From: a virus
DNA length: 64,000 nt
IMG/VR virus record: IMGVR_UViG_3300042549_009011
Coordinates: 83,749-147,748 of that record
Direction: 5' to 3' (one strand)
Shown here: piece after piece, positions 48,996 to 59,142 of the stretch
Position numbering within the stretch: the first letter of the stretch is position 1
Layout: every line of letters begins with the position of its first letter
Program-made: the position numbers and the translations under genes
Notes under the pieces: generated by a model
Told to the model about the DNA's origin: nothing
Databases searched by the model: none
Seen by the model: only the letters and a program-made list of their open reading frames with translations

Positions 48996-50882
48996 ATGAA
49001 AAACATTGCACAAGACAACCGTATCATCTCTTTTGGAGAAATGACTTCATCTGTTATGGGTATCGACCCAAAAAATGCAGGTCGAATCACTAAATTTCTT
49101 CGTGACAGCATCTATTCTGATAAGATTTTAGCTCCTATCAGAGAAACAATTATGAACGCTCTTGACGAGCATCTTAAATATAATGTTGACAAACCTGTTT
49201 TCTGCGGAATTCGCAAAGAAGCTGATAAAAACGAATTTTTTGTTCGTGATCATGCTAAGGGTTTGTCTGAACAAGATGTTCGTGAAGTTTTTGGTATGTA
49301 TGGCTCTTCTTCCAAGAGGGAAAACAATACTCAAAGTGGAATGTTTGGCATTGGTGCGTTAGCTCCATTCGCTTATTCAGATACTTTCTTTGTGGTTTCT
49401 CACTTTAACGGAGTAAAATCTACATATACTTGTGCTTTGGGTGGCGATGAAGATAATGTTTCTGTTGGACATATTTATAATATCGACACTTGCGAAACTA
49501 AAGAATCTGGTTTGGAGATTATTATTCCTATAAAAAATCAAGATTTAACACAGTTTTCTACAAAAATTAAAAACTTTGTTAGTTTTTCTCCATACGAAAT
49601 TGTGGCAAACATTTTGGGCATGGAAATCAAACCAAACAAATGTGTTTATTCTAAAAAAGTAAATGACTTTAACATCAGACTTTTAAAAGTAGAAGATAAT
49701 TATGCTAATAAAGATCTTGTGTATCAAATGGGAGGCAATACTTATGCTTCTGATTTCTTCAACAACAATGGAATAAAAATTAAATCAAACCATCGTTTGA
49801 TTGTTGACATTCCTATTGGCAAATGCTCAATCACTTTGAGTCGAGAAGGTTTTGAAGAAACACAAAAGAATCAAAAAGTTTTTTCTGAAATAGAAGAAAT
49901 TTTAAACTGCCTTTCTGAAGAAGATATTTCTCAATTTAAAACAAAAGATGTTTTAGAGTTAATTGAAGACAATCTCCTAAACATGATGAAGTGTTATCAA
50001 GGAGATATTTTTGAAGCTTATCCAAAATCCATATACAATGAAGTTTGGAAATTTGTTTCTCATGTCTGCAAACAAACTTCTTATGGTGATATTAAAAAAT
50101 ATAAAGATAAAAGTCTTTGCGTTATCATTCCTAAAAATGGAGCAACATCATACTGGAAAGGCAAAGTGGATTCGTATCTTCAAGAACAGCAAATCGGAGC
50201 TTATCTTGTTGAAGAAGTATCTAATTTTGACATTACACAATTACAAGATAAACTTCACATTGTTCACGCCAAAAAGCTTCCTTATCCAAAAGTCAGCAAA
50301 GATAGCTCAAGATATTCTGTATATTATCGCGGAAATAAAAAAGGTGTTTTCAATGCTTTGGAATTTTTTAATTACGTAGCAGAAAAATCTGGCTGGAATG
50401 TTCAGGCAAAAACAGAAAAAGAAGCTACCGCTTTATTGAAAGAGAAACAGGAAAACATTAAAAATAAAAGCGATCTTGAGGAAATTTCTTTTGGAAATAA
50501 AAAATCAATTTCTGCAAATAGTTACATATACTCTTCAAACTCTGATTGTTTTGTCAAGAAAATTGAAAGTATTGGTTTTATTAACGCAAGAAGTTCTAAA
50601 TTTTCCGATATCGTAACATCACTTAATAAAAAGCATATTGAAGAATTAGAAAAAAACAGATTTGTTTCTGATGCTAAAAAGCATTGGGTTAGTTTTAATA
50701 GTAGAACCATAAGAGTATTAGAGAAGCCAGAAAAAGCTAAAAGGTTTCTTGAGGTTTTGAATAAAATTATAAATGAAAATTCTTTGAGAGGTAAGCTTCT
50801 TAAAAATATGGATTCTTCTTATAGTTATCGCACCGTATGTTTACACAGAGAAGAGTTGAGAAAAATCTTGAAGATTGCCTGA
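48996..50882 (+). CDS. rIIA: RIIA-like protein (GHKL ATPase)
   Basis: YSDK..RE..NA.D, RD..GLS, YGSSSKR, GMFGIG..PFAYSD; adjacent to rIIB. Confidence 0.85.
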   Translation: MKNIAQDNRIISFGEMTSSVMGIDPKNAGRITKFLRDSIYSDKILAPIRETIMNALDEHLKYNVDKPVFCGIRKEADKNEFFVRDHAKGLSEQDVREVFGMYGSSSKRENNTQSGMFGIGALAPFAYSDTFFVVSHFNGVKSTYTCALGGDEDNVSVGHIYNIDTCETKESGLEIIIPIKNQDLTQFSTKIKNFVSFSPYEIVANILGMEIKPNKCVYSKKVNDFNIRLLKVEDNYANKDLVYQMGGNTYASDFFNNNGIKIKSNHRLIVDIPIGKCSITLSREGFEETQKNQKVFSEIEEILNCLSEEDISQFKTKDVLELIEDNLLNMMKCYQGDIFEAYPKSIYNEVWKFVSHVCKQTSYGDIKKYKDKSLCVIIPKNGATSYWKGKVDSYLQEQQIGAYLVEEVSNFDITQLQDKLHIVHAKKLPYPKVSKDSSRYSVYYRGNKKGVFNALEFFNYVAEKSGWNVQAKTEKEATALLKEKQENIKNKSDLEEISFGNKKSISANSYIYSSNSDCFVKKIESIGFINARSSKFSDIVTSLNKKHIEELEKNRFVSDAKKHWVSFNSRTIRVLEKPEKAKRFLEVLNKIINENSLRGKLLKNMDSSYSYRTVCLHREELRKILKIA

Positions 50883-50953
50883 TTTTTATTGACAAAACTT
50901 CTTGGATATATATAATCACCCCACGAACGACAAAAATAGCAATAAACACAAAT

Positions 50954-51952
50954 ATGAAATACATTCTTAATTCCCACGGCATTACTTTCTTCCACAATGG
51001 AAAGCCAATTAACGTCAACAAACAAGAACTTCGTTATGCAAAGATTTTGAAAGCTTTTGATCTTCCAGAATCTCAGCAGACGCAAGCAATCGTTGCAATC
51101 TTGGACGAACCAAAAACTATTCTTAAAGAAGCAGAGAAAAGTGGTTTTTCTTTTGGTGATGATGGCGTTCGCATTGATGGAGAGCTTCTTCCACAGGTTC
51201 TTTCTGATAAAATCGAATCTTTAAAATCAGAGGGTCTGCCAATTACTTTGCTGCTAAACTTCTGGCGTAATCTTCGCTTGAATCCTTCGTCTTCATCTGT
51301 AACAGAACTTTATGATTTCCTCTCTTACAAAGAACTTCCAATCACAGAAGATGGATGCTTCCTTGCGTACAGAGGTCTTCAAGAAAATTTTTATTCTGTT
51401 CATGGAAATACAAAAACAAAAGTTTTGAAGGGTAAAGTGAATTCTTTTGGTCAAATCTACAATGGCGTTGATGAAGAAATTCTAGTAGAAAGAAATCAAG
51501 TTGATGATAATAGAGACAATGGTTGCTCTTTTGGTATTCACGCTGGCTCTTACGAGTATGCAAAGAGTTGGAGTCGTGGGAAAGTTGTTGTGGTAAAAAT
51601 TAATCCAAAAGATGTTGTTTCTGTTCCAACAGATTCCAACTGCCAGAAGTTGCGTTGTTGCGGTTACAAGATTATTTCAGAAGTGCAACAAGAAATTTTA
51701 GCACCAGCCACAGATTCTGATGCTAACAGCTATCAGCACGAAGAACAGAAAGAGCTTTCTAATTTCGAGCAGAAGATTAAAAACTACCTTATTAAAAAAG
51801 AAGGTCAAGGATATAATAAAGTTTCCTTAAAGAAGATTAGAAATTCTTTTTCTCCAGATTATCCAAGTAAAGAAAGAACTTTGGCTGCGATTGATTCGCT
51901 TGGTTATGTTTGGCAGTTTGAAGATGGCAAAGAGATTGTAGTCTTAAATTGA
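50954..51952 (+). CDS. rIIB: RIIB-like protein
   Basis: LYDFL..PITEDGCFLAYR..CSFGIH..KINPKDVVSVP.D..KLRCC. Confidence 0.88.
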   Translation: MKYILNSHGITFFHNGKPINVNKQELRYAKILKAFDLPESQQTQAIVAILDEPKTILKEAEKSGFSFGDDGVRIDGELLPQVLSDKIESLKSEGLPITLLLNFWRNLRLNPSSSSVTELYDFLSYKELPITEDGCFLAYRGLQENFYSVHGNTKTKVLKGKVNSFGQIYNGVDEEILVERNQVDDNRDNGCSFGIHAGSYEYAKSWSRGKVVVVKINPKDVVSVPTDSNCQKLRCCGYKIISEVQQEILAPATDSDANSYQHEEQKELSNFEQKIKNYLIKKEGQGYNKVSLKKIRNSFSPDYPSKERTLAAIDSLGYVWQFEDGKEIVVLN

Positions 51953-52009
51953 AATTTTAACAATAAAGATATTGACAATCCCGACTTTAAATAGTAAAAC
52001 TCTCGCGAC

Positions 52010-53172
52010 ATGAAATACTACATTGCTGAAATTACCGTCCATGTAAATGGTTTTGAAAAACATATCAAGAGTTTGATACAGGCAGATTCGCCAGAAAATG
52101 CTCTTGAACAAGCTTGTGAGGATCAACTTCATAACGATGCAGAAGATGGATCTGGATGGCAGAACGAACAACTTATTGATGGCAACTTTGATTTTGTCTA
52201 TGAACCTTATCAAGCAGTTGAAGTCAAACCAGAACACGTTGAAATCCTTAAACAATATCTATAAATGAAAAATAGACAACGCTGGCTAACCAAAAAAATT
52301 AAAGGCGATTACATCGAAAACGACGATTTGATTCGCATTGTAATGTTTGAGACATTCTTGCATTACATCAAAGAAGAGCTTTCTATAATGGCAATTTTTA
52401 AAGATAAAAAAGCCAAAGAAATGACTGTTGATGAATTCTTTGATTATGATTGGAAAAAGGATCTTGCAGATAGTCATATAACACAAGAGGAGGTCGAATG
52501 CTTCATCGCTCGCCAAAAAGAATTAAAGAAAGCGTATTATTATATCACAGAAGAAAGAGAAATTTTAAACAAACAATTCTATATGACTATGGATCTGGAC
52601 GAAGCGGAATCACTTGAAAAAGAAATGACTGACAAAGACGAAAGAACTCTTGCAATCATTCTCAAGCATCGCTTGACTCTATGGACTTGAATTAAAGTGT
52701 AAATAAACGCATGAGTATTTTTTGGATGTTATTATTTGTTTCAGTTATTTTATTATTTTTTGGAGTTATCTTCTTAGAAAATGATGATGATGATGATTAT
52801 TATAAAAAATAATTTAATTTAATTAAAAATTACATTTGTTTATAAATTACCCCCATGTCAAATTATATTAAAAATATTAGCATAAAAGAAATAAAGGAAA
52901 AGTATTTTGGCAATCATGGATTCGTGATGAATTCAAGTATGCCAGTAAGAGAAAGCGGGATTGTAAACTTAGCCAACGCAATCAAAAACGCTGGTATTTC
53001 AAAGGATTTTCCCATATTGGTATCTCAAGACGGAAATAATACAATCTTTGTTTATGGTGAGTTTAATGCGCCCCAATTCTTTCAAAGAGCAGATCAATTT
53101 TCAATGATTGGTATGGCTACAATTACCCCCTTATTGTTTTTTTTAGAACAGTATAATGAAACGGAAGTTTAA
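52010..53172 (+). other. Small hypothetical ORFs (52010-52264, 52265-52690, 52711-52812, 52855-53172)
   Basis: Plus-strand ORFs with TTGACA or GTGTAA upstream. Confidence 0.55.
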
Positions 53173-53498
53173 AATGGTTTTACAATAGAAACATCCTTTT
53201 AAATAAATCAGTCGTTTTAATATAGGCGTAGATAGAAGAAGAAAGTTATTAGTTACTTACTCGATAGAGTAACTAGAATAACAAACCAAAACACTAGATA
53301 ACATATAGGAATATAGAGTATAAGAAGATATAAGGATAGAGATAAGAGAAGATTAAAGATATTTAAAGGTGAGGTGATGTAAGGAGGTAGTGGGTCTGCC
53401 TTATCCTCTCTATATAAAATAAAGCTTTTTTTCAATCTAACATTTTACCCGCCAGCAATCCCTTATACTATAAGCATCAGACAAAACAAAACAAAATT

Positions 53499-53708
53499 AT
53501 GGACAGCGAAACACAGGAAAAATTAAATAAAATTTCGTTCAATTTGGGCAGTTTTAGTATTCAAATAATCGTTTTGATTCTTTTAAGCTGGCTTTCATCT
53601 TATTGTTGGAATTTATCTTTTGCTACATTGTTCGATCTACCAGAGATAACAACTATACAGTTTGTTTGTATCAAATGGCTCATCTACTTCATCTTCAATA
53701 GAAAATAA
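53499..53708 (+). CDS. Small membrane protein
   Basis: Two hydrophobic segments. Confidence 0.5.
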   Translation: MDSETQEKLNKISFNLGSFSIQIIVLILLSWLSSYCWNLSFATLFDLPEITTIQFVCIKWLIYFIFNRK

Positions 53709-53832
53709 ATGGAATATAATGAATATATGGCTTTGCTGGCTATTGCGGCAGGGTTCGTTAATTGGCTGGGCTGGCTTAAAAGCGTCTAAAAATAAAATTT
53801 GATACCAACTTTTCCCCCCTAATAAGTAAAAA

Positions 53833-54021
53833 TTAACTTTTGAAGTTCTCAATAGATGGATTGCCTCTTTTTCTATTCTTCCAATAACCAAGTTTAATAA
53901 GGCGACTCTTAATAAGAGCAGCTATATTATTCTTATTTAGAACGCCGCTTTTTGTTAAGTCTACTTCTTCGAAGAATTCTTGAAGAAGCTCTATCAGCAT
54001 TTGTTGTCTTTTATATTTCAT
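53833..54021 (-). CDS. Small basic protein
   Basis: WKNRKRGNP. Confidence 0.5.
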   Translation of the reverse strand: MKYKRQQMLIELLQEFFEEVDLTKSGVLNKNNIAALIKSRLIKLGYWKNRKRGNPSIENFKS

Positions 54022-54025
54022 ATTA

Positions 54026-54544
54026 TTAAAAAATAAATCTATCCGAATTAAATATTCTAATTAATTCTTTTTGTATTTCCTCTTGCGAAAACTCTTCATC
54101 TATCCTAAAAAATTCCTCACCAATATACCCTTTAACAAAACACTTAAAAGAAAAATCATTTAATAAATTTTGTTCGCATTCATTATAAATACTAACTGGA
54201 TTTCTCGCAAATATAACTTTAATATCTTTTTGATTAGAGCCTCCGTAACTTAAAAAACTACTAATATGCTGCTTCATTCTTTTAAAGATTCTTGTTGTTT
54301 TACCTATTTTAATAATGTTTAATTTAGTCTCCCATATAAGATAAATATACTCTTTATTATTTGGGCATAATAAATGTTTTAAAAAATCAAACTCAGAAGA
54401 GTCAAATATTACAGAGGAATCTTCAAATAAACAATAACGATGGCAAAATATTGTTTTGGTAAATTCACAAAATTCTTCGTTTGGTTCTTTAAACCTAGAA
54501 CGATGAGATATTTTTTTCCTTTTTAAGTCCTTTAACTGGTGCAT
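54026..54544 (-). CDS. GIY-YIG/T5orf172-like nuclease domain protein
   Basis: YIYLI...IKIGKT...R..QH...E...GEEFF. Confidence 0.65.
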   Translation of the reverse strand: MHQLKDLKRKKISHRSRFKEPNEEFCEFTKTIFCHRYCLFEDSSVIFDSSEFDFLKHLLCPNNKEYIYLIWETKLNIIKIGKTTRIFKRMKQHISSFLSYGGSNQKDIKVIFARNPVSIYNECEQNLLNDFSFKCFVKGYIGEEFFRIDEEFSQEEIQKELIRIFNSDRFIF

Positions 54545-54645
54545 ATATAATGTTACACAAGTTTTTCTAAATTTTTCCTTAATAAAAGATTGACATATTT
54601 TTCAAATAAGCTAATTTACGAACAGTTGTTTGCGAAATAACTAAA

Positions 54646-54728
54646 GCTGGTGTGGTGGAATGGTATACACTACAGACTTAAAATCTGTCGCCTGAAAGGG
54701 ATTGCGAGTTCAAGTCTCGCCACCAGCA
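54646..54728 (+). tRNA. trnL: tRNA-Leu(TAA)
   Basis: ACAGA-CTTAAAA-TCTGT, variable arm. Confidence 0.92.
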
Positions 54729-54787
54729 CTTTCTTATTGACAAACATAATAAACCGAGTCAACTTTGCCCCGAACAAATCTTAATAT

Positions 54788-55400
54788 ATGAAATACATTG
54801 CTCAAAATAACACAATCAATTATAAAATTCAACTTCATGGAGAAGAAGAAGAACAAAATTGTTTTGCCACCCTTGTTGAAAACTTCTATGGCATTGTGCC
54901 AATTGAAACTTATGCGGGGCAAATAATTGAATTCCCAAATAAAACAAAGTTTATTAAGTTTTTAATGTGGCGCGAAATTTTTAATCAGTGCGCCCCAAAT
55001 AAACAATTTAAATTTATGCAGTTTGCTAGACAAGCAGTAAAGTCGGTCAGGCAAGTGCTAAATAATGATGTCATTGAAGTTTCTTATTGACACTCCTTAA
55101 TAATAGAGATAAAGTTTCTTCACAACAAAAATTTAAGATAAACATATGATTACTAAAGCGCAATTAAAACAGATGAAAGATTCAAATAACCATGTCAAAC
55201 ATTCGTTTGAAGTGTCATGGGAAGAAACATCTCTTTCTCGTTTGTTCGATAAGATTGATGCCAGTGTAGAAGGTGGCGCTCTTATTGATATCGTATCAGC
55301 AAAACCAATTGAGTTTATTAAAGAAAGAGAAGCTCTGATTGTTGAAATAGTTATGGACGTTTCAGATGTATTTGATGGCGCTGAAGAAGTAGAAGATTAA
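54788..55400 (+). other. Two hypothetical ORFs (54788-55090, 55146-55400)
   Basis: Each behind a TTGACA. Confidence 0.55.
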
Positions 55401-55407
55401 TTTTATA

Positions 55408-55485
55408 GGGGGTGTATCGGAACTCGCTTCTAACGAGTAGCACCGTAAAGGATCAATGCACGTTCGAATCGTGTCATCCCCACCA
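55408..55485 (+). tRNA. D-armless tRNA-Arg(TCT)-like RNA
   Basis: GGGGGTG/CATCCCC-A-CCA; 7-nt linker; ACTCG-CTTCTAA-CGAGT; GTTCGAATC. Confidence 0.75.
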
Positions 55486-55548
55486 TTTTTTAATCAAAAT
55501 TTATGTTGACAGTTCTTAATAAGTAGTAAATATTAGCTCAAACATTTC

Positions 55549-55621
55549 ACCCCTATAGCAGAACGGTTAATGCAACCAACTCATAATTGGTAGATTGTAG
55601 GTTCAAGTCCTACTGGGGGTA
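55549..55621 (+). tRNA. tRNA(CAT), Met or Ile2
   Basis: ACCAA-CTCATAA-TTGGT; C4:G69, C5:G68. Confidence 0.85.
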
Positions 55622-55640
55622 CTTAAAGAAAACTAAAACT

Positions 55641-56279
55641 ATGAAAACTTTGCTTGTAATCTCTTTAATAATCGCGACTCTAATTGTAAAGAATAAAAGC
55701 TTTCTTTTTAATAATGATGAGCTAAAGATTAACAGTTCTTCTCTAAATAAGTATGATTATATAGAGCCACTCATCGAGGAGCCAATTAATGAAAGCGGTG
55801 AGACTTGGAATGAAGTCAATGAAATAAGAACCTCCCTTATTAAAGGAGTAAAACATTTTGAAGGATTCTATTCTCATAGATACTATTGCAGCGGTAATAC
55901 CCTCACAATTGGTTATGGGCATACAGGTAAAGGCACTAGAAACAAAACAATTTCTAAAAAAACAGCAGAAACTTTGCTATTAGAAGATCTAAATAAGGTT
56001 GAGCGGTCTGTTACTAAATATGTTAAAGTGCCGCTTACCGAGGGGCAGAGAGCATGTCTGATCAGCTTCACCTTCAACTGTGGAGAGGGCGCATTAAATA
56101 AGCTGGTGAATGGCAAGGGTAGGCTTAATTCAGGCAACTACTCAAGCGTCAAGCGTCTCCTGCCCAAATATAGAATGGCTGATGGAAAAGTGCTAAGAGG
56201 TCTAGAGAAAAGAAGAGCATGGGAATTAGCTTTGTGGGAGAAGAATAAAATAAAAGACTCTTTTGTGGCAAACAAATAA
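55641..56279 (+). CDS. GH24 phage lysozyme with N-terminal TM/signal
   Basis: FEG..YYC..TLTIGYGH, SFTFNCG, GLEKRR..E. Confidence 0.88.
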   Translation: MKTLLVISLIIATLIVKNKSFLFNNDELKINSSSLNKYDYIEPLIEEPINESGETWNEVNEIRTSLIKGVKHFEGFYSHRYYCSGNTLTIGYGHTGKGTRNKTISKKTAETLLLEDLNKVERSVTKYVKVPLTEGQRACLISFTFNCGEGALNKLVNGKGRLNSGNYSSVKRLLPKYRMADGKVLRGLEKRRAWELALWEKNKIKDSFVANK

Positions 56280-56341
56280 TCAAACTTGATATTGACATTA
56301 GAATCAGAACACGCTAACTTCTTCTCGTTACAGAAACAAAT

Positions 56342-56503
56342 ATGAAAATCATTGTAGAGATTGGCGATTTAAATTTGCCCCAAATAAAAGAAGTCATGAT
56401 TGATGCGATTGAAAAGATTTTCGATCCAGATGTAGACACACTAATGGACGGCTCAATAAGTTTAGTTAACGATGCATTTCTTAGCGTAGAAGAACAAGAA
56501 TAA
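56342..56503 (+). CDS. 53-aa acidic protein
   Basis: Behind TTGACA-17-TAACTT. Confidence 0.5.
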   Translation: MKIIVEIGDLNLPQIKEVMIDAIEKIFDPDVDTLMDGSISLVNDAFLSVEEQE

Positions 56504-56551
56504 ATGCAAATAGTTGCCCTTAATAAGTACAAATAAGAGATGCGTGTTTTT

Positions 56552-56629
56552 GTAAGTCGTTGAGAGTGAGGGAGTTACGCGGCTGGGGTGGGGCGACCTG
56601 CGTAAGTCGTTGATTCTCAACGACTTACG
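56552..56629. repeat. Paired 29-bp palindromes, site 1
   Basis: CGTAAGTCGTTGA-N3-TCAACGACTTACG x2 (first copy degenerate), 50-bp period. Confidence 0.85.
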
Positions 56630-56640
56630 AGGCTTGTTCA

Positions 56641-57150
56641 CTACGCGCACCTACACTCCAGCACTTTGCCACTTTTTTTCACACTACAGAAAAAATTTTC
56701 TAACAGAGGCGCGTACCAATCTAACGGTTGGTTTCTTTGAAAGTGGTCTTTCACCTTTCTATTGATTGGAAGCTTTGGATTGTGATAAACAGAAACAAAA
56801 GCGGTTTTTGTTAGAGTTCTTTCTGTAAACTTCTTTATTGAATTCAAGACTGGCAGAAGATGCTCATCTTCTATCACATTGAGAACATTGCAAGAGATTA
56901 GAAAATTTGCAAACTCAACATCTAAAGCAGAATCAAAATTTTCAGAATGGCTTCGATTGAAAGGATCATAGGGAAGATATCCGATATCGTTTTCTTCAAA
57001 GAAGCAATCAATTTTTCCTTTTTTGCCAGCCCCAAAGTCAAAAACAGTTAAGCCATTTTTTTCTTGTGAAGTAAACAAACCTTTTTTGTGAAGCGTTTTT
57101 ACCAACGCGGGAATTTGATTTATTGAAGTTACAGCAGAGGAAGAGTTCAT
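56641..57150 (-). CDS. Class I SAM methyltransferase-like protein
   Basis: FDFGAG, YDPF, NVLNVI. Confidence 0.65.
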   Translation of the reverse strand: MNSSSAVTSINQIPALVKTLHKKGLFTSQEKNGLTVFDFGAGKKGKIDCFFEENDIGYLPYDPFNRSHSENFDSALDVEFANFLISCNVLNVIEDEHLLPVLNSIKKFTERTLTKTAFVSVYHNPKLPINRKVKDHFQRNQPLDWYAPLLENFFCSVKKSGKVLECRCA

Positions 57151-57231
57151 TTTTTAACGATTATGAGATAAAGCCCAAAAGAGAATAGAAAGCCCGATGA
57201 TTGTCACAATGGTTATTTCGTTCATTTTTTA

Positions 57232-57936
57232 TTATGCCTCCAATGGTTCAAGGACAAAACCCGTGGCATCTTTTTTTGCCATGCCTTTTTCTACAAGTCC
57301 AACGATCACGCCCTTTGGATCTAGAAAACGCAAGTCGGTTTCGTCTCCGTTGACAACACTACGCCCAAGGAATTTCTTTGGCAAGTATTTTCTGAAAACC
57401 ATTGCAACATTTCCACCGCTTGCAAGCATAGCCTCCGCAATCTTTCCATTGCTCTCGCTACGAGAAAAGGTCAAGTGATAGTTTGAAGGAAGTTCGCCAG
57501 CAAGGAAAGCGGTCATTCTCTCTGGTGTCTTTGAATAATCATAGAATTGGACAGATGGAAACATCTCAAAGATTGTAGAGCCATCCAGTTTGATTTTTTC
57601 CCAAGGCAAGTCAGAAGTAAGGTTGAGACGAAAGCAAGGTTGCATCTGATTTTTTTCAGCTTTTTTGATTGCCGCAATGATTTCTTTTTTGAGTTGAGAA
57701 AGAAAAGCAGATTTGTTAGAAAAGAAAAGTTTTGTCTTGGCGATACGAGCCGCTTGAACAGTGGAAAAGATTCCATGTCCAGCAGTATTAAGACAGGCGG
57801 CGGTGCAGCCCTTTGACGCATCTTTGCAGACATTGAAGCCAGACAAGGAAGCGGGGGCAAGATGGATACCAAAAGACATAAAGCCCATTTTTTCGCCTTT
57901 TTTGATTTTCGTGTTGGATGTAGTAAGTAGTTTCAT
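57232..57936 (-). CDS. Gp88-like Cys-rich protein
   Basis: NTK..LAP..C..A..GC..CL, RLNLTSD, FYDYSK. Confidence 0.7.
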   Translation of the reverse strand: MKLLTTSNTKIKKGEKMGFMSFGIHLAPASLSGFNVCKDASKGCTAACLNTAGHGIFSTVQAARIAKTKLFFSNKSAFLSQLKKEIIAAIKKAEKNQMQPCFRLNLTSDLPWEKIKLDGSTIFEMFPSVQFYDYSKTPERMTAFLAGELPSNYHLTFSRSESNGKIAEAMLASGGNVAMVFRKYLPKKFLGRSVVNGDETDLRFLDPKGVIVGLVEKGMAKKDATGFVLEPLEA

Positions 57937-58040
57937 GACGGGGAAAGATTAGCATTTAGGCGGTGGTTGTCAATTATTTTTTACGTATTTTTTTTTATTT
58001 AAATGCTTGACAAGCGAATCTAACAGTTTTCTAACAGCCG

Positions 58041-58119
58041 CGTAAGTCATTGAGTGTCAACGAGTTACGCGCGGCGCGGGGGGCGAGCCGCGTAAGTCGT
58101 TGAGTATCAGCGACTTATG
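58041..58119. repeat. Paired 29-bp palindromes, site 2
   Basis: Same consensus, 21-bp GC spacer. Confidence 0.9.
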
Positions 58120-58160
58120 ACAACCCCGCTTTCGCGGGGGTTGTCAAGTCTTTTTTTCGA

Positions 58161-58982
58161 TTATTCGCGGAGGTCATTTTCACCCTCTGGGGCGTTGTCC
58201 TCGCAACCTTTGGTTACAATCTCTTGGAGTTCAATTTGCGGCACGTGATGAGCGAGCTTGTCGAAGATGCTCTGCATGGTCATGGTGCGGAATGGGAGCT
58301 TGGAAAGATCACCACCTTTGAGATTTTCGGTCACAGCGTTGTAGAGATTCCACAGCGTGTTGCCCACGAACTCAACGTGGCGAGGATTTTCTGAACCTTC
58401 CATGTGGCGGCGAAACTCCACCACGTTCGTGTAAAGGTCACGTGCTGGAATTGCTTTCGAATCGACCAATTTGACAAGCAGATTTTCAGCTTGAGCGGAA
58501 GAAACAAAAGTTTCCTTGTAGCGTTCGATACGCAAGCCCATGTCGTTCCAATGAGCGACAACGCGAGCCACAGCGTCAGCGATCACGCGAGGGAGATCAG
58601 AGAGGATGTTGAGCGTGTGGCGGCGTGACAGCTTCACGTCAGACGAGAAGCAAAGATTTTCGCAAACCATCATGCGGTTGCCGATGCAGATTGCGGCGGC
58701 GAAAGCCTTGTCATGAGAGTTGCGAAGCCCCAAGACGACTTGGCGATCCGTTCCGTCGATACCTTTACCAGTGAGAGCGAAGCCGCCGAAGTAGCGAAGA
58801 CCGCCACGTGCAAGCGAGTGTTCTTCCTCAACGATTTCCAAACCGACAGCTTCGATAGCTTCGCGGGTCAACTTGACGAGCGTGTGGTGAGGGATTGGCA
58901 TATGGGAATCGGTTGCCTCTGGAGTTTCAACACCCATGAGAGCTTCGAATTGAACTTTGTTTTTTGCGATGATAAGTGACAT
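58161..58982 (-). CDS. DUF932-like protein
   Basis: PIPH, RNSHD, G..VCEN, TLWNLYNAVTE. Confidence 0.75.
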   Translation of the reverse strand: MSLIIAKNKVQFEALMGVETPEATDSHMPIPHHTLVKLTREAIEAVGLEIVEEEHSLARGGLRYFGGFALTGKGIDGTDRQVVLGLRNSHDKAFAAAICIGNRMMVCENLCFSSDVKLSRRHTLNILSDLPRVIADAVARVVAHWNDMGLRIERYKETFVSSAQAENLLVKLVDSKAIPARDLYTNVVEFRRHMEGSENPRHVEFVGNTLWNLYNAVTENLKGGDLSKLPFRTMTMQSIFDKLAHHVPQIELQEIVTKGCEDNAPEGENDLRE

Positions 58983-59142
58983 ATTTTTTTAGTTTTGTAG
59001 TTAAGTGCCTTTCGTGGCGACAAAAAAAAGATAGCATTTCCCATGATTTTGTCCACACATTTCTATTTGTTTTTGCATTTTTATTTTCGCCCCAAAAAAG
59101 AAAAAAGCTTGACAAATGAATCTAACAGCTTTCTAACAGCTA

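Noticed and set aside
55408-55485. tmRNA (GGGGGTG start, no D stem)
   Set aside because: Only 78 nt, wobble at G5:U68 not G3:U70, normal anticodon arm, no tag ORF.
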